Assembly: GCA_037445735.1 (NCBI GenBank)
Contig: JBBIJY010000013.1
Span: 20,478-84,477 of the forward strand
Length of the DNA: 64,000 bases
Reading direction: 5' to 3'
From: Armatimonadota bacterium
GTDB taxonomy: Bacteria; Armatimonadota; Fimbriimonadia; Fimbriimonadales; GBS-DC
Shown in pieces: positions 1 to 10,427 of this stretch. Both the position numbers and the translations under genes were made by a program. Each line of letters opens with the position of its first letter. Position 1 is the stretch's first letter. The notes beneath the pieces are model-generated. The model ran no database searches. It was not told where the DNA came from and saw nothing but the letters and a program-made list of their open reading frames with translations.

Positions 1-31
1 TTTCAGTGCTTTTTCAGTGCGTTTTCAGTGC
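1..31. repeat. Three tandem copies of (T)TTTCAGTGC with an 11-bp period, upstream of a sigma-like gene
   Basis: tttcagtgc (1-9), ttttcagtgc (11-20), ttttcagtgc (22-31); the array may continue beyond the window edge. Confidence 0.8.
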
Positions 32-65
32 CCTGTCGTAAACTGCCCGCGACACCTTTCGGGAG

Positions 66-740
66 GTGGTGACGATGATGACGATAACGGAACAGAACGG
101 GGCGACGCTGGATTCGATCTGGCAGGAGCGACTGACCGAGCAGTTTCTGCAGTTCGCTCGCGCGCATGTGTGGGGCTGGCTGGTGCGCTGGAACCGCGTC
201 AACAGCTGCCCGCTGCCCGAAGTCGACCTGGAGGACATCCTGAGCGAGATTCTGCTGACCGTGCTGCATTTCAAGCTGCCGGAGGGGGCGTCGGTGTGGG
301 AGCCGTGCCTGATGGCGTATCTGAAGCGGGTGGCACGCCGAATCTATAATCGCTTCCGCTCCCAGCGGCGGATAGTTCTCTCGCTGGACGCGCTTCCGCC
401 AGAGCTTTTACCGACCGTGAGCATCGAGGACACCTGCTCGCAGGACGAGGGGGCATTTGTGCAGGCGGTTGCCCAGCAGCTGCTGAAGATGCCACGCCAT
501 CACGCGCTGGCGTTCCTGTTGCAGCTGGAATCGGAGCTGGCGGAGTGCCTGTTGCAGGCGGGCGGCGCGGCGCTGGAGCGTCATCTGGCGTGCGACGCCC
601 TGTATGAGCTGGTGCAAGGTGCGCCCCTGCCCGACCGCGAGATTGCCCGACACCTGCAACTGACACCCCGTGCGGTGATCCGTGCCCGCCAGCACGCCCG
701 CGAACGGCTCCGCAACTGTCTGCAAGCCATCGGTGCATAG
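66..740 (+). CDS. ECF-type sigma-70 family factor-like protein
   Basis: 224 aa; region-2-like 'DLEDILSEILL...MAYLKRVARR' and C-terminal HTH 'DREIARHLQLTPRAVIRARQHARERLR'; GGGAGG upstream. Confidence 0.65.
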   Translation: MVTMMTITEQNGATLDSIWQERLTEQFLQFARAHVWGWLVRWNRVNSCPLPEVDLEDILSEILLTVLHFKLPEGASVWEPCLMAYLKRVARRIYNRFRSQRRIVLSLDALPPELLPTVSIEDTCSQDEGAFVQAVAQQLLKMPRHHALAFLLQLESELAECLLQAGGAALERHLACDALYELVQGAPLPDREIARHLQLTPRAVIRARQHARERLRNCLQAIGA

Positions 741-834
741 CCCCCTCACCCAATCCCTCTTCCCCGCGCGGGAGAGAGGGACAAATGAAACCCCCCTCTC
801 CCACAGCGTTGGGAGAGGGGGCAGGGGGTGAGGG
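741..834. repeat. Pair of inverted REP-like palindromes (CCCTCACCC..CCCTCT..GGGAGAGGG / GGGAGAGGG..GGGTGAGGG)
   Basis: Two GC-rich hairpins arranged tail to tail immediately after the stop codon; same family recurs at 22150, 52974 and 62680. Confidence 0.75.
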
Positions 835-968
835 CTACCTCTGGAAAGAAGCATTTAGGGGCGATTTTCGGTCGAAATCCGCATCTTTATGGGTACATTT
901 CGGGGTTCGCCTGCATTATATTAGATGGAGCCGAAAAAGCTCCCAGACCAAACGATGGAGGTACAACG

Positions 969-2090
969 ATGATGAGACGAACGATCTGGAGTATCGGGCT
1001 AATCATGAGCGCACTGCTGGCATCGCTCTTCACGCCAGCGTCAGCGCAGAATGAGCGGTGCTGCGACTTCCAAGTGCGGCACAATTTCCGCGTCTGCTTG
1101 CCAAGGGGCTGTCAGATCCCGCAGGTTCGCTGGGATTGGTTCACACAAGCAATGGTGTGGCCGCCCCTGCAGACCAACACCAATTCTGGCTCGAATCTCT
1201 ATCCTGTTCCGAGTGCTGACACCCAGTGTGCAAGCGCTGTTGCGCCACAGGATTGCGCGTTTGCAAACGCCTGTGCGCGGTTCAGTGTAGCCCCGATTCC
1301 GGGCACTAACTGCATTCAGGGCTTTCACGAAGCCTTCGGCCGCGCCTGCGTTCGCTGCCGCGGTTTCGGGGCGCGGGCGAGCGCAGCCTCCCGAATCACC
1401 ATTCTGTGCCGCGCACCGAACGCTGCCGGGCAGATTGTGTGGCAACCTGCTTTTCGGGATACAGTGCGAGCGGGGTGCGGCGTGCAAAATACGGACCCTG
1501 TGGTGCTGAAGCTGCGCAACTCTGCGACGGGTGAAACGCGCAACGATGTGCTGTTTGACCTGCGCGCCTCACGCTTCAGCTGGGAAGGTCAGGATGTAGA
1601 CGGGGACGGCTGGTATGACACCGCGCGAATCCGCTACTGCTGCATGGATGTGGATGGAGACGGATATCTTGCCATACAGGTCGGTGGAGAGTCTCTGCGT
1701 GCGTCAGCGGGCGAGCTGCGCCTTCGAACCCGCAACAACATCGTCACCGAGGCTTTCAAAAACGGTCTTTTCGATAGTGTACGCCTGCCAAATGTTGGTG
1801 AGCAGGTGCCGCCCGAGATACCGCTTCCCTTCGCCGAGTTCGACCTGACCTTCCAGGTGCCCGACGGCTGGGTGCTGGAAGAGGTAGAGATGGGTGGCGG
1901 CGGCGAATCGGGCGATACACCCCCGCCACCCGGCGATGTGAACGGCGACGGCTGTGTGGATGACGCCGACCTGCTCGCCGTGCTGTTCGCCTTCGGCGGT
2001 TCTGGTGGACCCGAGGATGTGAACGGCGACGGCGTGGTGGACGACGCCGACCTGCTGATCGTGCTGTTCAACTTCGGTCAAGGCTGCTAA
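969..2090 (+). CDS. Secreted Cys-rich protein with C-terminal dockerin-like tail
   Basis: GGAGG then ATG at 969; signal peptide 'MMRRTIWSIG...PASAQ'; two internal DVDGDG motifs; ends [46 protein letters not shown]. Confidence 0.85.
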   Translation: MMRRTIWSIGLIMSALLASLFTPASAQNERCCDFQVRHNFRVCLPRGCQIPQVRWDWFTQAMVWPPLQTNTNSGSNLYPVPSADTQCASAVAPQDCAFANACARFSVAPIPGTNCIQGFHEAFGRACVRCRGFGARASAASRITILCRAPNAAGQIVWQPAFRDTVRAGCGVQNTDPVVLKLRNSATGETRNDVLFDLRASRFSWEGQDVDGDGWYDTARIRYCCMDVDGDGYLAIQVGGESLRASAGELRLRTRNNIVTEAFKNGLFDSVRLPNVGEQVPPEIPLPFAEFDLTFQVPDGWVLEEVEMGGGGESGDTPPPPGDVNGDGCVDDADLLAVLFAFGGSGGPEDVNGDGVVDDADLLIVLFNFGQGC

Positions 2091-2110
2091 CCGTCCCTGC
2101 CGTGCCTGCC

Positions 2111-2142
2111 AATCCCCCTCCTTCCGATGAAGGAGGGGGATT
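2111..2142. terminator. Perfect 14-bp hairpin (terminator-like or REP-related)
   Basis: AATCCCCCTCCTTC-CGAT-GAAGGAGGGGGATT, just after the stop of the 969 gene. Confidence 0.55.
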
Positions 2143-2179
2143 CGAGGTATAATAGAACATCTGAAGGTGGCTAACCGAT

Positions 2180-3802
2180 ATGAACAGATCGAAAGGGTGG
2201 CTTTCTGGTGCGCTATTAGTGAGTCTGGTGGCGGCAGTCTGCGCCCAGCAGAATGTGTCCATCACTCTCAGCCTGATTGACCCCGTGAATGTGGAGTATC
2301 AGATGCAGGTGGTGAACAACAACGCCAGCGGCTCGGGCTGGACGGTGGATCAGGTGGATGTGCTGTACACGACGGCAGGTGTGCTGCAGGCGACCTTTGT
2401 GCCCAACGGCTGGGGCTGGCGCGGCGATGTGCCCTGGGATGCCATCCCCAACGCGCTCGAATTCACCGCTAACACAAGCGCCGACCGTATCGCGCCTGGC
2501 GGGGGCAGTCGCACCTTCCGCTATAAAATGAACACCAAAACGCCAGCGGAAGACTTCTATATCATGTTCCGTGTGGTGAACGGAACCCAGAGTCAGGAAT
2601 ATGTGCGCCGAATCAAGGTTCCCCAGACCATCGATGTGCCCAAAGATTCGGCGCAGTCGCAGCAAATTAATGTACCGACCCCTGGTGGAGGGGCACAGCA
2701 GCTGCTGCGCCTGCGTTTTCGTGCGGCGTTCGCCATTCCCACTCTGCGCTATGCTCTTACCACCACCGACGCGAACGGGCTGCAGGTGGATCAAGCCGAG
2801 TACCCGCCCGCGCCCATACCGTCCCCACCGCACCTGGAGCATTTCTTTCTTGGCTCTGTGGAGCGGCTGATCGAAGAAGAGAGCGTGCCACCAGGTCAGT
2901 ACTGGACGATTTGCGATGAAAGTGCGCAGTGGAACGGTGGTACAGCAGGCATCTCCGGGCTGCAGTGGGAGCGCGGTCAGACTTCCATCCCGCGTCCATC
3001 CGCTTGCTGGCAGTTTTTCCCGTCGTTGCGTCAGCCGAATGGTTCGCGCCTTGTGCGATTCCGCATCAACAACTGCGGGAGCCTGCCCTTTCAGGGCATT
3101 CTATTGCTGTACCTGCGTGGGGATCGGCTGCTGGCTTGCGGACCGGAGCTGGCGGGCTGGCCGGCGCTCTACCCACCCGATGTGAACCTGCCCATCGAGC
3201 TGCCCAGGGGGGCATCCCGACAGTTTGATCTGGAGATTCCGCCCGATGTGCCGCCGAACCGTTTCTTCTACGGTGCGTTGCAGATGCGAACGGGTCAGGA
3301 CACGCCGACCATGCTCTTCTTCGCGCATCAGGAATCGGACGCGCCGCTGCTGATAGGGCTGCTGCAGAACAACAGTGGCAGGCGACCCGTGCAAATCGCG
3401 GTGCACAATCCGCTCTCTGGCTTCACCCAACTGTTCACTACGCTGACCGATGCCGATGGTGTCTGGCGCATTCGGCTTGATGCCAGCAACGGCTTCGCCT
3501 TTTTCAACGACGCGGGCTTCTATCTCCCTGTCTGGCGGGTGCGGGTCAAGCCGCAGGGCGCGCTTTCGCGCACTTTCCAGCAGGTGCTGGTGCCCGGCGG
3601 CGACACGCTCGATCCCTACCTGCGCATGCGGCTGGTGCTGGGCGATGTGAACGGCGACGACTGCATCGACGATGCCGACCTGTTAGCCGTGCTGTTCGCC
3701 TTCGGGCAGGTGGGCAACCTGCCTGAAGACCTGAACCTCGATGGCATCGTCGACGACGCCGACCTGCTGATTGTGCTGTTCAACTTCGGCGCAGGGTGCT
3801 GA
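2180..3802 (+). CDS. Secreted protein with C-terminal dockerin-like tail
   Basis: Signal peptide 'MNRSKGWLSGALLVSLVAAVCAQ'; GGTATAAT upstream; tail [46 protein letters not shown]. Confidence 0.85.
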   Translation: MNRSKGWLSGALLVSLVAAVCAQQNVSITLSLIDPVNVEYQMQVVNNNASGSGWTVDQVDVLYTTAGVLQATFVPNGWGWRGDVPWDAIPNALEFTANTSADRIAPGGGSRTFRYKMNTKTPAEDFYIMFRVVNGTQSQEYVRRIKVPQTIDVPKDSAQSQQINVPTPGGGAQQLLRLRFRAAFAIPTLRYALTTTDANGLQVDQAEYPPAPIPSPPHLEHFFLGSVERLIEEESVPPGQYWTICDESAQWNGGTAGISGLQWERGQTSIPRPSACWQFFPSLRQPNGSRLVRFRINNCGSLPFQGILLLYLRGDRLLACGPELAGWPALYPPDVNLPIELPRGASRQFDLEIPPDVPPNRFFYGALQMRTGQDTPTMLFFAHQESDAPLLIGLLQNNSGRRPVQIAVHNPLSGFTQLFTTLTDADGVWRIRLDASNGFAFFNDAGFYLPVWRVRVKPQGALSRTFQQVLVPGGDTLDPYLRMRLVLGDVNGDDCIDDADLLAVLFAFGQVGNLPEDLNLDGIVDDADLLIVLFNFGAGC

Positions 3803-3803
3803 A

Positions 3804-4967
3804 TCAGCGCACGCCTAACAGCAGCTCCATCGTCAGCTGGTCTAACTTCTCATAGTTGTAGCCGCGCCGACCCAGCGCCTCGCGGTCAAACGGATACGAT
3901 TTGAGCCACTCGGCATTCTCGCGCGAGTAGGTCATCCGCGCCTGCAGCTCCATGTCCCATTCGCGAATCTCCGCCAGTAGCCCCTGAATCTCGGGGTCCT
4001 GATTGAACCGCTCCGCTTTCTCCTTGAGGATGAGGTAGGTGCGCATACAGCCCTTCGCGAACTCCCACACGCCCTCCTCGTCTTCGGTGCGGTAGGCGTG
4101 CGCGTCGAAGTGGCGCGGACCGCTGTAGCCGTTGTCCTCCAGCAGCTTCACCAGGAAAAACGCGCCCTTGATGTCTTCTGCGCCGAATCGGTAGTCCTGA
4201 TCGTAGCGGCAGAACTTCTGGGCATTCAAGTCGATGTGGAACAGCTTATTGCGCTCGATGGCTTGCGCGACGGCATGCACAAAGTTCAGCCCGACCATGT
4301 TCTCGTGCGCCACTTCGGGGTTCACGCCGCACATGCTGGGGTCATCGAGCGTTTCGATGAACGCGAGCATGGCGCCGACGGTGGGCAGGAAGATGTCGCC
4401 GCGCGGCTCGTTAGGTTTCGGCTCCAGCGCGAACCTGAGCCGATAGCCCTGGTCTTTGACATAGTGGATGAGGAAGTTCATGCATTCACGGTACCACTGC
4501 AGGGCTTGCACGGGGTCTTTGGCGGCGTCGGTCTCGGTGCCCTCGCGTCCGCCCCAGAACACATAGATTTCGGCGCCCAGCTCCACCGCCAGATCGATGG
4601 CGTGCATGCTCTTTTGCAGGGCGTAGGCGCGCACTTTCGGGTCGTTGCTGGTGAACGCGCCATCTTTGAACACGGGGTCATAGAAGAGATTGGTCGTGCC
4701 CATCACCAGGCGCATGTTGTAATCGTCGAGGGCTTTTTTGAACTCGCGCACGATGCGGTCGCGTTCGGCGGGCGTGGCGTCGATGGGCACCAGATCGTTA
4801 TCGTGCAGGTTGACGCCCCATGCGCCCAGCTCGGAGAGTTTCTGCACGATGCGCACGGGCGAGATGGGCGGGCGCACAAAGTCGCCGAACGGGTCGCGCC
4901 CGCGATTGCCTACCGTCCACAGCCCGAAAGTGAACCGATGCTCCGGTTTGGGTGTATAATCTGCCAT
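3804..4967 (-). CDS. xylA: Xylose isomerase (short, class I type)
   Basis: 387 aa from '[20 protein letters not shown]'; motifs 'LHDND', 'FWGGREG', '[10 protein letters not shown]', 'NPEVAHE', 'FHIDLN', 'HFDAH'. Confidence 0.95.
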   Translation of the reverse strand: MADYTPKPEHRFTFGLWTVGNRGRDPFGDFVRPPISPVRIVQKLSELGAWGVNLHDNDLVPIDATPAERDRIVREFKKALDDYNMRLVMGTTNLFYDPVFKDGAFTSNDPKVRAYALQKSMHAIDLAVELGAEIYVFWGGREGTETDAAKDPVQALQWYRECMNFLIHYVKDQGYRLRFALEPKPNEPRGDIFLPTVGAMLAFIETLDDPSMCGVNPEVAHENMVGLNFVHAVAQAIERNKLFHIDLNAQKFCRYDQDYRFGAEDIKGAFFLVKLLEDNGYSGPRHFDAHAYRTEDEEGVWEFAKGCMRTYLILKEKAERFNQDPEIQGLLAEIREWDMELQARMTYSRENAEWLKSYPFDREALGRRGYNYEKLDQLTMELLLGVR

Positions 4968-5063
4968 GATGGGAACACCTCCCGGCATGCTTTGTTCGAT
5001 GGGGGGATGCGCTTTCCTGCAGGGAACCTGCCTCGGAGGCTGTTCGTTCCACCTGTCGAGGTG

Positions 5064-7613
5064 ATGAGAATGCACTGGCGAACGGAATGGCGGAGAGCAG
5101 TCGCCTGCTGGTATACCGCAATCGGGCTTCTGAGTCTGTTCAGCCTGGCTCCGGCGCAGTTTGTATGGCTTCAGCACGCGCCGACCTTCACCGATGACCT
5201 GTATGGAGTGGCATTTCCGACGCCGACGCACGGCTTTGTGGTCGGCACGCGCGCCCTGCTGAAAGAGACGCGGGATGGTGGTCAGAGCTGGCGCTATCGC
5301 AGTGGCGTCGGCGCCACCACGCCCAGCGTGGATCCCTTCTACGCCATTCTCTTTTATGGCTCGCAAAACGGGTGGATCACCGGCAATAACAACTACGCTT
5401 TTCGGACCACCGACGAGGGCGCCACATGGACTCGCATGACCAGCGTGCCCGCTGGCTCCTGGGGACACATCGACTTCGTTTCGCCCAGCACGGGCTTTAT
5501 CGGTGCGAACGGCGCCTGCGCCTTCACCAGCGATGGCGGTCAAAACTGGCAGTTGCGCTCGGGCTATCCCGACTGCCCGATTATGTACGGCATGGATTTT
5601 CGGGATGCGAATCTGGGGCTGGTGGCGGGCGACCACCTTTCGCAGGGCACGGGCATCTACCGCACGACCGATGGCGGGCGTACATGGAGCCGACGGCTGA
5701 CGGGCATTTTCAACGATGTGGTCTTTATGGACGCCAGCACCGCGCTGGCAACCACCAACACAGGGGTGATTTATCGCTCCACCGACGCGGGCAACAACTG
5801 GATGCAGATCGCTCCCGACCGCCCTAACGGGCTGCTGGATCTCGAACGGGTGGATAGCACCACCATCGTGGGCGTGTCGGCGTTCGGCGATATCTGGCGC
5901 AGCGCGGACGGTGGATTCACATGGAGCAGAGTTGGGGACGACCTGGGCGATTTGCCTGGCAGGTGGCGTGTGCGTTTCCGCGACGCGCAGAACGGCTGGG
6001 TGGTGGGTCCCAAAGGGATGATGCTCGCGTCTACCGATGGCGGTCTCACCTGGCGCGTGGCAAGCAACGGCATCGCGGACAATATTACCGACATTAAGAT
6101 GGTCTCCCGCGCTTTCGGTTATGCCGTCACGCGCAACGCCTATGTGCTGCGCACGCGCGATGGCGGAGCGCACTGGGATTTGCGCCACCTGAAGGTCACC
6201 GGCAATGTGTTTGGACATGCTGAAGGCTTGCAGGCGATCGATGTGGTCGATGAGCAGTTCGCGGTTGCAGCGGGTCTGGGCGGGATCGTGTTCAAAACAA
6301 CCGATGGCGGCGAGACATGGCAGCCAATCGGCTATCCCACGCTCCCTGGACTTTTTGACATCTACGATGTGCGCTTCACCAGCCGCCAGACAGGATGGGT
6401 CGTGGGGCTGGATAACGATCTGGGGCACTACCGCACCATCTATCGCACGATGGATGGCGGTCTAACCTGGCAACTGGTTGTGCCTGTGCAGGCAGCGGTT
6501 CAATACAACGCGGTCGATTTCGTGGGCAACAGCGGCTGGGTGGTGGGTCCACGCTCCTACCTGCTGCGCACGACGGATGGGGGCAACACATGGCAGCAGG
6601 TGAACCTGCCTTATGGCAATGTGACCAATCTGCAGTTCACCGATGTGGGCTTTGCAAATGAGCAGGTGGGCTGGATGATTGGCACGGTGGGCTATGTGTT
6701 GCGCTCCACCGATGGCGGTCAGAGCTGGGTGCGCCAGAACCTCGGCACCAGCGAAGATTTAGCTGCGCTCTATGTGGTGAGCGCGAGCGAGGCGTGGATT
6801 GCGGGCGCACTTGGCAGCCTGTTCCACACCACCGACGGCGGTCAGAGCTGGCTCCGCGAGTCGACAGGCTACCCCTCCGCGCTGGGGCTGAGCGCATTGC
6901 ACGGCACACCCGACGGACATCTGGTCGGCGGCGGCTATGCCGGCTTTCTGGTGGTGCGCCATCACGGTGAGCGGGTGACGGCGACCAGCTTCTCGGTGCC
7001 GTTCGGGCGAATGACGGCGGGCAATCTGACCGCCCTGCAAAACAGCGACGATGCCTACCTGATGCTGGAGAGCCGCGCGCCCAGTCAGTCGGGCAATCCC
7101 TATACCCAGCTCATCGTCGAAGGCACAGCCAGCCTGCGCCCATGGTCGCAGCTCGCCTTTCGCTTCGAAGGGCGCACGAACGCCAGCCCCGCAACGGGCG
7201 TCAAGCAGGTGCTGGAACTGTTCAACTTCACGACCAACCAGTGGGAGTTTCAGGAAGAGCGATTGGCGGACAACTCGCTTGATGCCGTCTGGGAGACCAT
7301 GCTCACGGAGCCGTCGCCCTACATTCAGGCGGGCACAGGGCGCGTGCGCGCTCGAATCAGCTGGTACAAGGTGGGCAATCTGAGCGCGGAGCCGTGGGTG
7401 ATATGGGTCGACTATGTGCAGTGGAGCCTGCTCCCACCGGCGATTACGGGCGATGTGAACGGCGACGGCTGTGTGGATGACGCTGACCTGCTCGCGGTGC
7501 TGTTCGCGTTCGGGCAATCGGGCTCGGGCTTGCCTGAAGATGTAAACGGCGACGGTGTGGTGGACGACGCCGATTTGCTCACGGTGCTGTTCAACTTCGG
7601 GCAGGGCTGCTAA
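5064..7613 (+). CDS. Secreted YCF48/BNR (Asp-box) repeat beta-propeller protein with beta-rich domain and dockerin-like tail
   Basis: Signal peptide; about 14 (S/T)xDGGxxW-type repeats; C-terminal [22 protein letters not shown]; start 5064 or 5070. Confidence 0.88.
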   Translation: MRMHWRTEWRRAVACWYTAIGLLSLFSLAPAQFVWLQHAPTFTDDLYGVAFPTPTHGFVVGTRALLKETRDGGQSWRYRSGVGATTPSVDPFYAILFYGSQNGWITGNNNYAFRTTDEGATWTRMTSVPAGSWGHIDFVSPSTGFIGANGACAFTSDGGQNWQLRSGYPDCPIMYGMDFRDANLGLVAGDHLSQGTGIYRTTDGGRTWSRRLTGIFNDVVFMDASTALATTNTGVIYRSTDAGNNWMQIAPDRPNGLLDLERVDSTTIVGVSAFGDIWRSADGGFTWSRVGDDLGDLPGRWRVRFRDAQNGWVVGPKGMMLASTDGGLTWRVASNGIADNITDIKMVSRAFGYAVTRNAYVLRTRDGGAHWDLRHLKVTGNVFGHAEGLQAIDVVDEQFAVAAGLGGIVFKTTDGGETWQPIGYPTLPGLFDIYDVRFTSRQTGWVVGLDNDLGHYRTIYRTMDGGLTWQLVVPVQAAVQYNAVDFVGNSGWVVGPRSYLLRTTDGGNTWQQVNLPYGNVTNLQFTDVGFANEQVGWMIGTVGYVLRSTDGGQSWVRQNLGTSEDLAALYVVSASEAWIAGALGSLFHTTDGGQSWLRESTGYPSALGLSALHGTPDGHLVGGGYAGFLVVRHHGERVTATSFSVPFGRMTAGNLTALQNSDDAYLMLESRAPSQSGNPYTQLIVEGTASLRPWSQLAFRFEGRTNASPATGVKQVLELFNFTTNQWEFQEERLADNSLDAVWETMLTEPSPYIQAGTGRVRARISWYKVGNLSAEPWVIWVDYVQWSLLPPAITGDVNGDGCVDDADLLAVLFAFGQSGSGLPEDVNGDGVVDDADLLTVLFNFGQGC

Positions 7614-7621
7614 ACCGCACC

Positions 7622-9397
7622 TCAGGGTTTTGGCAGTCCGAGCGCGGTGAGCCACTCGGTGAGCTTGTGGCGGCGCAGGGCGTTATCCGCGGGCAGCTGG
7701 AGCGGTCGCCCGCGCGCATCGACGATGATGCCCACCACGCCGCCTTCCAGCACCACCTGTCGGGCGCGCCCTCTGCCCGCGCCGACATCGAAGCCCCGCG
7801 CCGGCTTCAGCACCGCCTCCAGCGTCTCGCCCACGCCCATCGGCAGCACACGAATCTCGCCCACCTTGAAGGTCTCGCTCTTGCCGTTGTATTCGATGGT
7901 GAGGCACGGCTCGCCCTCCCTGCCCTGACCGACGGGCGCGACGCACGAACCCAGCCGAATGAGGCAGTCGCGGTCGAACACCTGCGCCGCCGCCTCCGGA
8001 TGCACCGTCGACAGCACGCCCAGCTGCGGCATCATGAAGATGGAGTCGACCGCCAGCATCGTGACGCCTTCAGGTTGATAGGCATCCATCATCATCAGCG
8101 CCGATTGTGCGCGGCGCGGGGCATGGCTCAGCACACCGCCGCTGCCCACAATCATGTCGAGGTGCATCATGTCCACCAGTGTCTGACCCGTTTCGGTCTG
8201 CTCCAGCGCCTCGCCAATCGTGCGCTGTTGCTGAACGCCCTTCAGTCCGCGAGCGAGCTGCTTGTGGTGCAGGAACGCCAGGCGCAGCGCTTCCCGCGCC
8301 ACCGCCTGCTCCAGCAGCAGGTCGTGATAGGTCTGTGGGATGGTGGTGGGGCGAATCATCTTGTTGCGCAGGCGGTTGCGAATCTCGTAGTCGTCCAGTT
8401 CGAAGGGCAGCCAGCGGCGGATGTTCGCCAGCCCCGCCTCCAGCATCACATTGCAGATGGAGTAGCTCATGCCGAGATTTGCGCTCACCGTGCGCGTGTA
8501 GTTGCCGTTGAACACCGAGAACACATCGGTCGTCGCGCCGCCGATATCCACGCCCAGAATATTGATGCCGCGCTGCTCGGCGATCGTCACCATAATCTTG
8601 CCGACGGCGTTCGGCGTGGACATGATATCGGCGGAGGTCCAGCTCATCAGCTTGGAGTAGCCGGGCGCCTGCTGCATCACATGCTCCAGAAACAGCTCGT
8701 GGATGGCTTCGCGGGCGGGACCGAGGTTCTCGCGGTCGAGCGTCGGGCGCAGGTTGTCCACGATGCGCAGGTCGAACCGCTCGCCAAGGATGCGCTGAAT
8801 CTCGTCGCGGGCGTCCCTGTTGCCTGCGAAGATGACAGGCAGTTTCATGGTGCCGAAGCGCGGGCGCGGGTCGGCGGCGATCAGCAGTTCCGCCAGCTCC
8901 ACCAGGTGCGTTACGGTGCCGCCGTCTGTGCCGCCCGACAGCAGCACAATATCGGGGCGCAACTCGCGCAGGCGCTGAATTTTCTGATAATCTTTGCGTC
9001 CGTCATCGATGGCGATAACATCCATGATGATGGCGCCGGCACCAAGCGCGGCACGCTGCGCGCTCTCGGCGGACATCTGGCGCACCACGCCCATCACCAT
9101 CATCTGCAGCCCGCCGCCCGCGCTGGAGGTGGACAGGTAGAGATCAACGCCCTCCTGCTCGTTGCGCTGCGGGGTCAGGATCGTGCCGTTTTCGATAAGT
9201 TTGCGCCCCGTGAGGTCTTCCACCTCGCGGGTGGCGTTCAGCACGCCAATCGTTACATCATCGAACGGCGCTTCGACGGTGGTGGGCGCCTCGCCGCGCG
9301 TCACCAGCCGATACTCGCCGTCCCGCCGCTCAATCAGTATCGCTTTGGTTGTCGTGCTGCCGCAGTCCGTCGCCAGAATCGAACGCACCTGTGTCAT
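7622..9397 (-). CDS. glmL: GlmL/MutL-like glutamate mutase accessory family ATPase (ASKHA fold)
   Basis: 'DCGSTTTKA', 'TSSAGGGL', 'LSGGTDGG', 'VDIGGATTDVFS', 'RTVSANLGM', 'GSGGVL'. Confidence 0.8.
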   Translation of the reverse strand: MTQVRSILATDCGSTTTKAILIERRDGEYRLVTRGEAPTTVEAPFDDVTIGVLNATREVEDLTGRKLIENGTILTPQRNEQEGVDLYLSTSSAGGGLQMMVMGVVRQMSAESAQRAALGAGAIIMDVIAIDDGRKDYQKIQRLRELRPDIVLLSGGTDGGTVTHLVELAELLIAADPRPRFGTMKLPVIFAGNRDARDEIQRILGERFDLRIVDNLRPTLDRENLGPAREAIHELFLEHVMQQAPGYSKLMSWTSADIMSTPNAVGKIMVTIAEQRGINILGVDIGGATTDVFSVFNGNYTRTVSANLGMSYSICNVMLEAGLANIRRWLPFELDDYEIRNRLRNKMIRPTTIPQTYHDLLLEQAVAREALRLAFLHHKQLARGLKGVQQQRTIGEALEQTETGQTLVDMMHLDMIVGSGGVLSHAPRRAQSALMMMDAYQPEGVTMLAVDSIFMMPQLGVLSTVHPEAAAQVFDRDCLIRLGSCVAPVGQGREGEPCLTIEYNGKSETFKVGEIRVLPMGVGETLEAVLKPARGFDVGAGRGRARQVVLEGGVVGIIVDARGRPLQLPADNALRRHKLTEWLTALGLPKP

Positions 9398-9416
9398 CGC
9401 TGCTCTCCTGATTCTT

Positions 9417-10427
9417 CTATTGTACCTCGCGCGGCTCGATAATCAGCACGGGCTTGAAGGCGGCGCGGGTCTGGGCGGCGTGAAAGGCGTCGTCCGCCTC
9501 CTCGAAGGTGTACAGGTGGGTCAGTGGGCGCAGCTGCAGGGCGTTCGAGGCGACCAGGCGCAGGCTCTGCTCCCACGCATGGTTGCTGGAGCGCGAGCCG
9601 ATCACACTCAGCTCTTTGAGCGTGATGGCGTACCAGTCCAGCTGTACAGGTTCGGGTCGATAGCCGAAGACCACGATACGCCCCGCTTTGCGCGCGATTC
9701 GGACGCAGGTATCGGGCGCGTCGGGTGAGCCAGCCGCGTCGAGGACCACCGTCGCTTCAGGCAGCGGCTCGCTGGCGGGGTCTATCGTTTCCGCCCCACT
9801 CAGCTGACGGGCGACCTCCCGCCGCTGGGGTAGCGGGTCCAGCCCAAAGAGTTGCTGCACGCCCCACAGGCGGGCGAGCTGGAGGAACACCTGCCCGAAG
9901 AAGCCCAGCCCGACGACGGCGAGGCTCTCGTCGGGGCGCGGGTTCGCCAGATTCATCGCCGCGACGCAGGTCGCCACCGGCTCAACCAGCGCGAACCGCC
10001 AGCGCTCGTCGGGCGAGATCCCCTCAGGCAGACGATAGAGGTTGCGCAGGGGCACGCGCAGGTACTCCGCGAAGCCGCCATCGACGCTGATGCCGATATG
10101 CTCCAGCCGCTCGCACAGGTTCAGCCGACCCCGACGACAGAAGAAGCAGTCGCCGCACACAATCTGAGGGTCGACCACTGCCCATTCGCCCGCGCGATGG
10201 GCAGGCTGGACAATCTCGCCGACAATCTCGTGCCCCAGCGTGAGCGCGTCGCCGCGCCAGTCGTGATGCCCGCGCTGTTTGAGATGGAGGTCGGTGCCGC
10301 ACACGCCGCAGGCATGCACGCGCAACAGAGCTTCGCCCTCGCCTGGCGCGGGCGCTTCGATCACCTGCATGCGCATCGTGCCGGGCGCAACGAGCCGATA
10401 GGCGCGCATGGTCGCTTCGCGCTTCAT
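9417..10427 (-). CDS. Zinc-dependent medium-chain alcohol dehydrogenase
   Basis: 'CGVCGTD', 'GHE', 'CGDCFFC..NLC', 'GLGFFG'; start may be the second Met. Confidence 0.9.
   Translation of the reverse strand: MKREATMRAYRLVAPGTMRMQVIEAPAPGEGEALLRVHACGVCGTDLHLKQRGHHDWRGDALTLGHEIVGEIVQPAHRAGEWAVVDPQIVCGDCFFCRRGRLNLCERLEHIGISVDGGFAEYLRVPLRNLYRLPEGISPDERWRFALVEPVATCVAAMNLANPRPDESLAVVGLGFFGQVFLQLARLWGVQQLFGLDPLPQRREVARQLSGAETIDPASEPLPEATVVLDAAGSPDAPDTCVRIARKAGRIVVFGYRPEPVQLDWYAITLKELSVIGSRSSNHAWEQSLRLVASNALQLRPLTHLYTFEEADDAFHAAQTRAAFKPVLIIEPREVQ

Noticed and set aside
4098-5063. N-terminal extension of the 1171-aa ORF
   Set aside because: Antisense to xylA; the signal peptide starts at 5064/5070
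4968-6428. 874-aa ORF suggesting a large N-terminal fusion to xylose isomerase
   Set aside because: The extension is the antisense shadow of the YCF48-like gene; XylA motifs begin at Met 4967, which has its own GGAGG
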